Below are positions 27,661 through 40,412 of a stretch of 64,000 nt of DNA, piece by piece. Both the position numbers and the translations under genes were made by a program. Origin of the DNA: Felis catus (taxonomy: Eukaryota). Numbering within the stretch: position 1 is the first letter of the stretch; each line of letters begins with the position of its first letter. The notes below the pieces were generated by a model, which was given only the letters and a program-made list of their open reading frames with translations, was not told where the DNA came from and made no database searches. The DNA is taken from contig NC_058368.1 of NCBI RefSeq assembly GCF_018350175.1, forward strand, positions 149,918,001 through 149,982,000, read 5' to 3'.

Positions 27661-27884
27661 GCTATTAAACTGAATTACTGATTCAATAGTGCTAAGAATC
27701 TAGGTTTCAATAATGAGTTAGACTAACATTTCAGTTCTCTAAAATAATGTTTGTGAAGCTTCAGTCATGGTTTTGGCCATATCTGGTATCACAAATGATT
27801 TTAATATTTTTATTTACAATTACCTTTCAAAACTGAAATGCTTGTTTTTCAATCCTACCCAAAGTAATATTAGCTATGACAGTC

Positions 27885-28094
27885 TTTTTTTTTTTTAAGT
27901 TTTATGTTATATTTGAGAAAGAGAGAGGGAGACAGAGATGGAAAGCAAGCAGGGGAGGGGCAGAGAGACAGAGACAGAATCTGAAACAGGCTCCAGGCTC
28001 TGAGGTGTTAGCACAGAGCCCGACATTGGGCTCAAACTCACGGGCAGTGAGATCATGACCTGAGCCGAAGTTGGATGCTTAACTGAGGCGCCCC
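27885..28094 (-). mobile_element. Can-SINE
   Basis: Body plus diverged TSD at(g/a)acagtc. Confidence 0.92.
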
Positions 28095-28529
28095 ATAACA
28101 GTCATAGTTTTGATGTGAGAGTTTATTTTTTCTAATGTACATCAATATGTATTCAAATCAGTTCAAGATTTTTAAACAGCCTGCCTCTCTAGCACCTAAA
28201 ATCAACTTTTTGGTCTTCAACAGTAAACATTTTATTCCTTTGGAAAATTTCTCCATTGTCAAGCTTAGGCAATTCTTACAAACACACAGCCAATGCACAT
28301 TTTGCAGCTATGAAGTAGATTTTATGACATTTGAGTTTAGAAAACCAACAAAAATTTATAGGCCAAACGAGTCTCCTATTCTTGATACTTCAAGTTAGAG
28401 TCAAGAGATATATTGCCTAACCAACATTTTTACTGGGCCATCACATTTTTATTAGCCTCATCCACTCTTTCTAATATCACCACCGTTGCTCTAGTAGCAA
28501 GACAAATCATCCAGATGTTGCCAGATCAG

Positions 28530-29865
28530 TCAATCAAATCATTCAATCAAGTCAAGAATATACACTTACACACACGTGTATGTAGGTTGATGTGCAGAAT
28601 ACTTAAAGGCATAAATTCAACACTTGTCTTGAGGGATGTGGAGTTTAATTGGATATATTAGTTATATTAAAGACATTTAATCAAATGATTACATATTAAG
28701 TGTAGTTTTTAAGAATATAGGATTTTATAATAGAGTATATAACTATTTTCAACTAGTAACTCCAGGAAAACTTCTTGATGGAATTTATATTTGAGCTGAA
28801 AATTAAAGGATGGATAAGATTTAGATAGGCATCCCTGAGATTAAGTACAACAATAAAAAAACACAAAATGTGTCCAGTGGATTGTGAATAGATTCAATCA
28901 AATGATGCACTCATTTACTCAATCATTTAATTATGTATTAAACAACTATATATTGAGCACCTGATGTGTGCCAGTTGTTCAAGTAGACTCTGAGATAAAA
29001 CGATAAATAAAATGGGCACTGTCCCTGCCATCATGCAGTTGCAATATGGCATAGGAAAAGGAAATGAGGTTGGAGCTTGAAAACAGGAACTTTCTGTATT
29101 AAAGACTTTCGTTTTTATTGTAGGAACAACTGGGAACAACAGGAGGATTTTTTTTAATGTTTATTTATTTATTTTGAGACAGAGAGCACAAGCAGGGGAG
29201 GGGCAGAGAGACAGAGAAAGAGAGAGGGGGAGGGAGAGAATCCCAAGCAGGCTCCATGCTGTCAGCCCAGAGAATGACGTGGGGCTTGATCTCATGAACC
29301 ATGAGATCATGACCTGAGCTGAGATCAACAGTCAGATGTTTAACCAACTAAACCACCCAGACACCCTGGAAACAACATGAGGATTTTAAACCAGATGGTG
29401 ACGTGATCAGATGTGTGTTTAGAAAAACAATCATGGCTGTAGTATGGAGAATGGGAGATCGGTTGGTGATGATAGTGGATGCAGTTTTTGGAGACGAGCA
29501 TAAAATAAATCAAGAGATGATGGTATTTTAGACCAAGGCCATTGGTATTGGAGCTAAAGAGAAAACAGAAAAAGTAGCATATATAGGAAGTAAGAGCAGC
29601 ATGACTTGCTGATGACCTGGATATGCAGGATTGCCAAGAATAAGTGTTGAGGATGGCTCCCAGTTTTCTGACTTGCCCAACCAAATGGATGCTAGGCCTG
29701 TTCACTAAACAGAATGGAAAAAAAAATTAGGAGGAGATTATGAGTTCAATCTGTCCAAGTTCCATTTAAGTTCTCTTTGAGACATCCAGGAGGTTACTTT
29801 AAATAGATGTATATAATTGCAGGTGTGAAACTTCAAGGAGATATAAATATGTGAGTTATCTAATA
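28530..29865 (-). mobile_element. L2 remnants (interrupted by SINE)
   Basis: tcatttactcaatcatt...tattgagcacct...gtccctgccatcatgcagtt; ggatggctcccagttttctgacttg; tttgagacatcca. Confidence 0.65.
29148..29366 (-). mobile_element. Can-SINE
   Basis: Full body; TSD-like aacaaca(t)ggaggattt. Confidence 0.93.
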
Positions 29866-30235
29866 TGTCACTTTGGGTTCTCTGAGAGTCTGATGCTGAT
29901 TTGGAGTCAGAAGTGCAAAAAGTTTATTGATCAGAAACACAGAGGGTTGATAGTGCCTATCAAAGATAAAGAAGTGAAAAAATGATTGGTCATGGGCATG
30001 TTTGACCTGACACCTGACAGGAAAGAGGCAAGATTGGGCAGTGAGAGACTTAAACTGTGATACAAGTATGAGAAAGTCCTGACCAAATCAATGGTAAGTC
30101 CCAGATTAAAGATTGCCTCTTCAAAGAATCCTCATGATGCAGAAGTGGGCAGGCCCTAGGACATCCACTGTGCTCAGTCACTGACTAGGTGCTTCCCAGG
30201 AAAAGCATTACCTTGGCTCAAATACTGTGGTGAGT
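29866..30235 (-). mobile_element. ERVL-type LTR fragment (LTR16/LTR33-like)
   Basis: tgtcactttgggttctctgaga...ggagtcagaagtgcaaaaagtttattg...tgtgctcagtcactgacta. Confidence 0.55.
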
Positions 30236-30244
30236 TTGGAAAGT

Positions 30245-30893
30245 TTTATTTATTTCTAGGTATCTTGTGGTTTTTGTTGCATTGTAAATGGGATCAATTC
30301 CTTGATTTCTCTTTTTGTTGCTTGATTTTTGGTGTAAAGAAATGCAACAGATTATTGTATGTTGATTTTGTATCCTGTGACTTTACTGAATTTGTGTATC
30401 AGTTCTGGAAATTTTTTGGTGGAGTCTTTCAGGTTCTCTACATAGATTATCATTATGTCTACAAATAGTCAAAGTTTGCCTTCTTCCTTGCCAATTTGGA
30501 TGTCTTTTATTTCTTTTGAGGCTAGGACTTCCAGTACTATGTTAAATAACAGTGGTCAAACAAAGACAGTGGTGAGAGTGGATATCCCTGTTGTGTTCCT
30601 GACCATAGAGGAAAAGCTCTCAGTTTTTCCCCCTTTGAGGATGTTATTAGTTGTGGGTCTTTTATATATGGTCTTTATGATGTTGATGTATGTTCCTTCT
30701 GTCCCTACTTTCTTGAGGGTTTTTATCAAGAACAGATGATGTACTTTGTCAAATGTTTTTTCTGTATCTATTGGGAGGGTTATATAGTTCTCATCCTTTC
30801 TTTTGTCAATGTGGTGTATCACATTGACTGATTTGCAAATAATGAGCCACCCATGCATCCCTGGAATAAACCCCACTTGATCATGATGAATCA

Positions 30894-30957
<64 letters not shown>

Positions 30958-33900
30958 AGAGAGAAAAAAAGAGAGAATGCTAGTGGCAGGGGGGTGCAGA
31001 GAGAGAGAGGAAAGAGAGAATTGTAAACAGGCTCCAGGCTATCAGTGCTGAGCCTAACATGGGGCTACTAAATCCCATGGCTGTGAGAGCATGACCTGAG
31101 CTGAAGTCAAGAGTTGGATGCTTAACCAACTGAGCCACACAGGCTCCCTCAGTGATTCTTTTAATCTGTTGGATTCAACTTGCTAGTATCTTGTTGAGAA
31201 TATTTGCATCCATGTTTATCAGAGATATTGGCCTCTAATTCTTCTTTTTAGGGGTGTCTTTGGTTTTGGAATCAAGGTACTGCTGGCCTTATACAATGAG
31301 TTTGCAAGTTTTCTTTTTCTTTGGAACAATTTCTGAGGAATAGGTATTAGCCCTTCTTTAAATGTTGGGTAGAATTCCCTGGGAAGCCATCTGGCTCTGG
31401 ACTTTTGTTTGTTGGGAGATTTTTGATTAATGATTCAATTTCTTTGCTGGTTGCCAGTCTTTTAAAATTTTCTATTTCTTTTTGTTTCAATTTTAGTAGT
31501 TTATATATTTATAGCAATTCATCCATTTCTTCCAGATTTCCCACTTTGCTGGCATATAATTTTTTATCATATTTTCATATAATTGTTTGTATTTCTGTGG
31601 TGTTGACTGAGATCTCTCCTCTCTCATTAGTGATTTTATTTATTGGGGGTCCTTTCTCTTTTTGATAACTCTGGCTAGGGGTTTATCAATTTTATCATTT
31701 CTTTCAAAGAACGAGCTTCTAGTTTCATTGATCTGTTCTACTATTTTTTTTCATTTGTTTGTTTCTGCTCTCATCTTTATTATTTCCTTCTTTCTGCTGG
31801 CTTTAAGTTTCATTTGTTGTTCTTTTTCTAGCGCCTTTAAATGTAAGGTTAGGTTGTGTATTTGAGATTTTTCTGACTTCTTGACATATGCCTGTATTTC
31901 TATATATTTCCCTCTTACGGTCACTTTTTCTGCATCCCAAAGGTTTTGAACCATAATGTTTATATTTTCATTTGTTTCCATGTATTTTTTTATTTTTTCT
32001 TTAATATCCTGGTTGATCCATTCATTCTTTTGTAGAGTCTTCTTTAACTTCTATGTATTTGTTGTCTTTCCAAGTTTTTACTTGTGGTTGACATTAAGTT
32101 TAGTAGCATTGTAGTCTAACAATATGCATGGTATGATCTCAATCTCTTTGTACTTTTTGAGGCCTGATTTGTGACCCAGTATGTGATCTATTCTGGAAAA
32201 TGTCCCATGTGTGCTGGAAAAGGTTGTGTATTCTGATGCTTTGGGATGAAATGTTCTGAAAGTATCTGTTAAGTACATCTGGTCCACTCTGTCATTCAAA
32301 CCTAGTGTTTCCCTGTTGATTTTCTGCTTGGATCATCTGTCCATGGTTGTAAGTGGGGTATTAAAGTCCCCATACTGTTATTATATTGTTATAAATGAGT
32401 TCCTATATGTGTGTTTTGTTTTCTCTATTTGGGTGCTTTCAAGTTGGTGGCATAAATATTTATAATTGTTAGATCTTGTTGTTAGACCTTTTTATGATGA
32501 TATAGTGCCCTTTTTCATCTCTTATTATGGTCTTTGGTTTAAAATCTAGTTTGTCTGATATTAGTATGCGTACTCCAGCTTTCTGTTGACATCCATCAGC
32601 ATGATAAGTGGTTTTCTGTCCCCTCACTTTCAATCTGCAGATGTTTTTAGGTCTAAAATGAGTCTCTTGTAGGTAGCATGTAGACAGGTCTTGTTTTGTT
32701 GTTTTTTTTATCCATTCTGATACCTGATTCCTTTGATTGGAGCATTAGTCCATTTACATCAGAGTGATTATTGATAAATAGTTATTTAGTGCCATTGTAT
32801 TACTTGTTAAGTTCTTGTTTCCAGAGATTTTCTCTGTTCCTTTCTAGTCTTTGTCGCTTTTGGCCTTTCTTTCCCTCTGAAAGATTCCCATTTAATATTC
32901 CTCCTCAGGGCTAGTTTAGTGGTCACAAACTCCTTTGGTTTTTGTTTGTCTAGGAAACTCTTTATCTCTCCTTCTATTCTGAATGATAACCTTGCTGGAT
33001 AGAATATTCTTGGCCGCACATTTTTCCCATTCAGCACATTGAATATATGGTGCCACTATCTTCTGGCCTGCCTAGTTTCTGTAGAGAGATCTGCTGCTAA
33101 CCTTATTTGTCTTTCTTTATAAATTAGGGATTTTTCCCCTGCTGCTTTTAGAATTTTTTACTTATCTCTATATTTTGAAAATTTTACTCTATCCCTTGTA
33201 TTGGCCTGCTTTTGTTGATTTTGACGGGAGTTCTCTGTGCCTCCTGAATTTGGATGTGTTTCCTTCTCCAGGTTAGGGAAGTTTTCAGCTATAATTTGCT
33301 CAAATAAACCTTCTGCCCCCTTTTCCTTCCCTTCTTCTTCTGGGACTCCTATAATATGAATGTTATTATGCTTTATGGAGTCACTCAGTTCTCTAAGTGT
33401 ACATTCATGATCCAACATTTTTCTCTTCCTCTTCTTTTCAGCTTATTTTTTCTTCTATATCACTTAACTCTTTCCTCTGCTTCTTCAGTTCTTGTCAGCA
33501 TTACATCCACTTGGTTTCACATCTTGGTTATAGCATTTTTATTTCAACCTGACTACGTTTTAGGTCTTTTATCTCTGTGGTAAGGGACTCGTTGGTGTTT
33601 TCTATGCTTTTCTCAAGCCGTAGTATCCTTAGGATTGTTGTTTTAAATTCTGGATCAGTCATATTAATTATATGTGTTCACATAGATCCCTGTCTATGAC
33701 CCTTTCTTCTTTCTTTTTGGATGAATTCCTGCATCTTGGCATTTTGTGTAGGTCTCTGTCTTCTGTGTGTTAAGAAAGCTTGTTATGTTTCTTGCTCCTT
33801 AGAGTAATGACTTTATTAAGAAAAGGTCATATACTGTTCAGGACCTGGTGCTTCAGGAAGTTTCTGGTGTATGCTGTGTGCACTCTGCTCCTGTGTTTTG

Positions 33901-35280
33901 GCTGCTCTTTCCTAATGTCAGTCCTCTGCAGAGTTTCTCCTTTCCTGCAGTCAGAAATATTTGGACCTTTTCCAGAGTGTGGTGAGTTTAACTAGTTGTG
34001 CCCTAGTCTCTTTGTTAAAAAAGGCCTGACCCTATTTCCAATAGAGCTGTAGCTTTGAAGCATTCTATAGCCAGTAGACTTGTTGTGTGCATGGGGGTGG
34101 GGGTGGGGTGCTGGTCTTCTGAGAAAAGACCCACTGCTCTGGTTCTCAGGCACAGTGCCCTAATAAAGAAGCACCTGCAGAGCACAAGGGGGCAGGGTTA
34201 GCTCAGGTTAGCTCAGGCCTCCACTGTTGGCATTGTGTTGCTCACTGAAGTCAGTTCATGCTGATGGGCAGGGGAGAAAAATGGATCTGGCCCTCTTCCT
34301 ACTGTCTGGAGAGGGGAGTTCATCCCCACCATTCTCTGGGAAGCTCTCACGGAAGAATGAAAAATCTCCCCTGGTGTGTCCAAGGCATCCTTAGATCACT
34401 GCCTTCACCTTGACTGTGTCTGGACCTTCTGTCCACCTGGCAGCTGCAGTCCACTGTGTTTTATCTCAGGCATGCCACTGAGTTTCAAAACTCCAAACTC
34501 TAAGGGCCCAGTATGGCATAGACCTGCACTGATTCTCTGGGGAAGAGTCTCACAATGCTATGGCTGGTGCCAGTTTGTCCCAGAAGGGCAGCCACACCAA
34601 CATGAAGGAACGTGGAGTTTAAAGTGCAGCAAAAGCCAGCATCCAGGTTAGCTGCCCTCAGCAGGTGTCTCTGCCCCTATGCTTAAGGGGTGGGGGAGTG
34701 CAATGGCCCCTGCCAGCTCTTTTGTTCCCTGAGAGGCAATCCCACCTCTCCCAGATGCACTCAGAAGGGGAGCCATCTCTCCCAGCATATCGGAAGGAAT
34801 CTCCAGATTGCAGCACTGTCTGTTCCAGGGCCTCTGCCCTGCTTCACAGGAGCACTGCAGTGCCTGCTGGGCTCAATACCAGCCACAGCACAGACTTCTA
34901 AAATTCCAGTCTTTGAGTTCCACTGGTTCTAAAATCTCATGATAGTCAGCCCCTCTCATTTTCCCAGTCAATGGGTTTAGGGAGGTGTTTTCCTTGTGCA
35001 GTCCCCTGTGTGCTGCTTTCTCCCTCTCTCTCTCCTTTCCATGATCACGGCTCCCTCCCCTCCTCAGCATCTGCAATCCTTTTCTCCCCCAAATCACCTC
35101 TCCACACCTCCTACTTTCCACGATCTGGTCTCTTCTCTCTCTCTAGTTGTGCAGTTTGTTCTGTCAGTCCTCAGATACATTTCTTGGGTGTTCAGAATGA
35201 TTTGATATTTATGTAGCTGTGTTTGAGGGATGAGGCAAGCATAGGGTCCTCCTACTACTCCACCATTTTAACTCCTCACC
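30245..35280 (-). mobile_element. Carnivore L1: 5'UTR, ORF1 and 5' part of ORF2 (EN and RT), degenerate, 3' part missing
   Basis: ORF-track fragments IIGVPEEE and PRIFYPARLSF (ORF1), HGTFSRIDHILGHK (endonuclease), HHDQVGFIPGM (RT); 5' start gaggagttaaaatggtgg on minus at ~35277. Confidence 0.93.
30897..31148 (-). mobile_element. Can-SINE inside L1, tail replaced by (AT)n (30897-30952)
   Basis: SINE body abutting a perfect AT run of about 28 units. Confidence 0.92.
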
Positions 35281-35354
35281 CCTAGTCTCTTTATTGTTTG
35301 ATATACTGAACACATTATTAAACTTCTTAATTTCTGTGAATGTCATTTTATGAG

Positions 35355-35545
35355 GAAGTATGGCAATATTAAGCCTGACTTTACATCTTATTGGCTGTGT
35401 GACCTTGAGCAAGTTTCCCAGCATAACAGTGCCTCAGTTTTCTTCTCTATAAATGGGGATAATAATAGGATTGTTGTGAACAGTAAATTAATTTATGTAA
35501 AGTACTTAAAATAAGCCTGATGTATTTTAAACCCACCAATAATGT
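35355..35545 (+). mobile_element. MIR
   Basis: ggctgtgtgaccttgagcaagtt...gtgcctcagttttcttctctataaatggggataataa. Confidence 0.85.
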
Positions 35546-35802
35546 TAGGGGAAAATAAAAGATTAGGTTCAGTAGATACACTCAAAAAATTCATTGGCTA
35601 TACTCTAAGAATATTTCTTGAAACAAATTTTTGGTAAATTTTATCAATTGAACAGTCAGTTTTGCCATTCAGGAACTGGTTATTAATCAAAATGATTTTA
35701 AAAGGTTAATTTTCAGTTAATTTCTATGTTATCTATTAATAATCATTCTTTATGTGTGTGTTTGTTGTAGTTGTTCTTTAAAATTTTATTTCTCCAAAAA
35801 TA

Positions 35803-36025
35803 GGGGCACCTGGGTAGCTCGGTCAGTTAAGTATCCAACTTTGGCTCAGGTCATGATCTTGCAGTCGGTGAGTTCGAGCCCCACATTGGGCTCTGTGCTG
35901 ACAGCTCAGAGCCTGGAGCCTGTTTCAGATTCTGTGTCTCCCTCTCTCTCTGACCCTCCCCCATTCATGCTCTGTCTCAAAAATAAATAAATGTTAAAAA
36001 ATTTTTAAAAATAATAAAAATAAAA
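35803..36025 (+). mobile_element. Can-SINE
   Basis: Long TSD TAAAATTTTATTTCTCCAAAAAT on both sides. Confidence 0.96.
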
Positions 36026-36410
36026 TAAAATTTTATTTCTCCAAAAATCATGCTTTAGATGCCATACATGATTAAGAAAGCAATTACTATTCTGATATAA
36101 AAAGTTGTTAAGGATTTCAAAAAAAGATATTCAGTGCACATGATTAGAAACTTGACTCATTACTTAACAAAAAAAAAATTGGTATTTTACACCTCCAACT
36201 GAAAAATGAAATATTAAGAACATGTTGCTACATTATTTTCAAACATTTTTATACATTATAGAAACAGATGATGAAGGTATGAGTTATAATGTAATAGTTC
36301 ATTGAAGGATAAATACAAACCCTGAGTCAGCTAAGTAACAATTAATCCAGAGTCTTGAAAAATATCTTTGGCCTTGCAGTATTGCACAATGTTTTTTTTA
36401 ATATACATAA

Positions 36411-36580
36411 TTTTTTAATGTTTACTTATTTTTGAGAGAGAGAGAGAGTGTAGGGGAGGGGCAGAGAGAAAGGGAGCTGTCAGCACAGAGCTTGACATGG
36501 GGCTTGAACTCACGGACCATGAGATCATGACCTGAGCTGAAGGTGGATGCTTAACCGACTGAACTACCCAGGTGCCCCCC
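36411..36580 (-). mobile_element. Can-SINE with internal deletion
   Basis: ...aagggag|ctgtcagcacag lacks the acacagaatc...ggctctg segment. Confidence 0.9.
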
Positions 36581-38735
36581 ATTTTTTAACCTTTTAAAAA
36601 ATGTTTATTTATGTACAATGTTTTCTAATTGCATTTAATGGAAAATTTTTTATCAGGTCATTATTTAAGGTAGGGGAATGAGAATACAAATCTCTACGTT
36701 GTTTGGTTTCATTGTTAGCCCAGGGAAGACGGGGCATTAATTAATAGTTAATAGCTGAACAATTCAAGCGCCATGGTTTGGATCCAAAAATATTCTTAGA
36801 GCTAGGAGAGCCATATTAACTGCACTAAGCTGTAATATCCAGCTGGTTCTGCTGATCCCAAATCATAGGATTTTTACTTTGCAAGGGGCTCTGTAAATCA
36901 TCTAGCCTGAACCTTCAATTGAGGCTATTTAAGGGAAGTTTTTAGAGACTTCAAAGGCTTCATAAGACCGTATATTTGCTAGGACTACTTATTACAGCTA
37001 AATCCTCCAAGGCTTTTGAATGTACCCATGTACTGAAGAAATTATTCAGCTTGTTGAAGGTCACTTATTAAAATGTGGCTCTGGGCTACTTGGTGAGAAA
37101 GAAAAGTGTAAAAGGCACGGAGAGGCTGGAGGAAGCTGCCCTGTTAGGGAGACTTGGCCGCGGCCCAGGCTCTTGCGTGTGCAAGGAAAATTTTATATAC
37201 AATAAGCAGGAGGCCAACTACCAAGAGATAAGCCACACTTGGTTGTCACACATGAACATGATGCTACCATATTCTTCCAAGTTATGGATTTGTTAGTATG
37301 GGTCTTGTTTTGTGATTTTCTGTAGCCTTTTCCCCCACCTCTAGAGGAAGCATTAGGTTTGGGAATTTCATCAAAAGAAATGTATGACCTGAATATTAGA
37401 GTTGACTAGTATGGGTTATGATTACAAAACTGAGACCCAAAGGGACTAGTCTTACACTGGTGTAGCATTTCAACAATCCTCCAAACAAGAGTTCCAATCT
37501 TCTCACACACCCTGTCTCTCTTCTAGCCTCTTATGCTCCCTGAATCCATGTTCCATCCTGCTAGGCTTTCCCACTTGGAGCCCAGCAGACACTTCACCCC
37601 AACACATGCAGCTTCCTGTGAAAGGTAGTTTGTCTTTGGCTATTACTGTTTTCCTCAAGACTTGCCTGAGTGGATTTTGACCTCTGTCTCTCAGAGAGCA
37701 GGGAGCAGAAGCTACATGGGACATACCCAAATGTACTTTCACTGACCGGTTGGGGCTGAGCAGGAGATGTGAAACAAAGGGTAAAATTTTCCTACAAATT
37801 TTTGTTCCTTTGGAGATTAAAATATTAAAAATTATTTCAGCATCTATTCAGCCTCTTCAAATAGCTCTGTTGTTTCTATGCATCAGTGACTAACATTTGA
37901 GCTAATCGAACCGACCATCATCCAAATCAGACATTTGCAGCTCAGAAATGGCTCACTGGTCAAACACAGAGTGGATGCCTCATGATGGTAGAAGAACTGT
38001 TAATAAATTATATTTGTGCTTCATGCCTAAGCATAAAATGATAACATTATACTCATATCAGAAACATGGGTAGAAAGGAGACAACATCACAAAGGGCTGT
38101 AGCCTTACATCAGATTATGGAGTAAAATAAAAGCAGACAACTTTGTGAGAATGTAATTTTTCCCATGTATGGCTTTGTCTTTGGTGCTGTGATGCTAAAA
38201 CTACATTTTGGAGAACAGAAACAGCTCACAATTAGGCAGTTTTGAATGTTACCTACCTCCTCTCTCTCTCTCTCTCTACTGGGCATGAATAAGCAAGTAA
38301 CTCCTACATTGAATGGAGATTAAGTATTTATAGCATCTGCAACTAATTTCTCAAATTGTCAGGAAAGGAATCCTCTATTAATACTGGGTCCCTATGGGAA
38401 TATAGTCTTTATCTAGGAAAAAAAAAGGAATCAAAATTAGTGTGCTCAATAGCAAATTACTATTTTCCTCTCTATACTTCGTTGAAAATGAATTTGAAGT
38501 TCTCTCATACAGATCTCAGATATAGCTAAGATTTTCAAAGCTGATGATATAAACATGTAAAAAGGGAGTTCCAGAAGACAATTTGGATATGTCTACAGAA
38601 GAAAAATTTGAAGGCATATGTCTGTGAGACTGCCTGTAGAAGCAGTCAAGAAACTGATGGATAAACTGATTGGAAAGAGATTTTAAGACCACTTGCTTCT
38701 GTTTTCAAATATTCAATAAATTGCTATTACATGTC

Positions 38736-38914
38736 GGGGCGCCCAGGTGACTCAGTCAGTTAAGGGTCCGACTTCAGGTCAGGTCATGATCTAGCAGTTC
38801 ATGAGTTCAAGTCCCATGTCAGGCTCTATACGGGCAGCTCAGATGCTGGAGCCTGCTTCAGACTCTGTGTCTCCCTCTCTCAGTCTGTCTCGGTCTCTCT
38901 CTCAAAAATAAACA
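38736..38914 (+). mobile_element. Can-SINE lacking poly(A)
   Basis: Head to caaaaataaac, then directly into an inverted L1 3' end. Confidence 0.92.
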
Positions 38915-40412
38915 ATATATGAAATTTATTGTCAAATTGGTTTCCATACAACACCCAGTGCTCATCCCAAAAGGTGCCCTCCTCAATACCCATCACCAAC
39001 CCTCCCCTCCCTCCCACCCCCATCAACCCTCAGTTTGTTCTCAGTTTTTAAGAGTCTCTTATGCTTTGGCTCTCTCCCATTCTAACCTCTTTTTTTTTTT
39101 CCTTCCCCTCCCCCATGGGTTTCTGTTAAGTTTCTCAGGATCCACATAAGAGTGAAAACATATGGTATCTGTCTTTCTCTGTATGACTTATTTCACTTAG
39201 CATCACACTCTCCAGTTCCATCCACATTGCTACAAAGGGCCATATTTCATTCTTTCTCATTGCCATGTAGTATTCCATTGTGTATATAAACCACAATTTC
39301 TTTATCCATTCATCAGTTGATGGACATTTAGGCTTTTTCCACAATTTAGCTATTGTTGAGAGTGCTGCTATGAACATTGGGGTACAAGTGCCCCTATGCA
39401 TCAGTACTCCTGTATCCCTTGGGTAAATTCCTAGCAGTGCTATTGCTGGGTCTTAGGGTAGGTCTATTTTTAATTTTTTGAGGAACCTCCACACTGTTTT
39501 CCAGAGCAGCTGCCCCAGTTTGCATTCCCACCAACAGTGCTAGAGAGTTCCTGTTTCTCCACATCCTCTCCAGCATCTATAGTCTCCTGATTTGTTCATT
39601 TTGGCCACTCTGACTGGCGTGAGGTGATACCTGAGTGTGGTTTTGATTTGTATTTCCCTGATGAGGAGCGATGTTGAGCATCTTTTCATGTGCCTGTTGG
39701 CCATCTGGATGTCTTCTTTAGAGAAGTGTATATTGATGTTTTCTGCCCATTTCTTCACTGGGTTATTTGTTTTTTGGGTGTGGACTTTGGTGAGCTCTTT
39801 ATAGATTTTGGATACTAGCCCTTTGTCTGATATGTCATTTGCAAATCTCTTTTCCCATTCCGTTGGTTGGCTTTTAGTTTTGTTGATTGTTTCCTCTGCT
39901 GTGCAGAAGATTTTATCTTCATGAGGTCCCAATAGTTCATTTTTGCTTTTAATTCCCTTGCCTCTGGGGATGTGTTAAGTAAGAAATTGCTGCGGCTGAG
40001 GTCAGAGAGGTCTTTTCCTGCTTTCTCCTCTAGGGTTTTGATGGTTTCCTGTCTCACATTCAGGTCCTTTATTCATTTTGAGTTTATTTTTGTGAATGGT
40101 GTGAGAAAGTGGTCTAGTTTCAACCTTCTGCATGTTGCTGTCCAGTTCTCCCAGCACCATTTGTTAAAGAGACTGTCTTTTTTCCGTTGGATATTCTTTC
40201 CTGCTTTGTCAAAGATTAGTTGGCCATACTTTTGTGGGTCTAGTTCTGGGGTTTCTGTTCTATTCCATTGGTCTATGTGTCTGTTTTTGTGCCAATACCA
40301 TGCTGTCTTGATGATTACAGCTTTGTAGTAGAGGCTAAAGTCTGGGACTGTGATGCCTCCTGCTTTGGTCTTCTTCTACAAAATTACTTTGGCTATTTGG
40401 GGCCTTTTGTGT
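38915..40412 (-). mobile_element. Young felid L1, 5'-truncated (~1.5 kb: ORF2 C-terminus + 3'UTR)
   Basis: ORF-track peptides [59 protein letters not shown]. Confidence 0.97.

Noticed and set aside
30549..30573. ACAGTGGT duplicated around CAAACAAAG within L1
   Set aside because: Tiny indel with duplication; ordinary repair or slippage scar.
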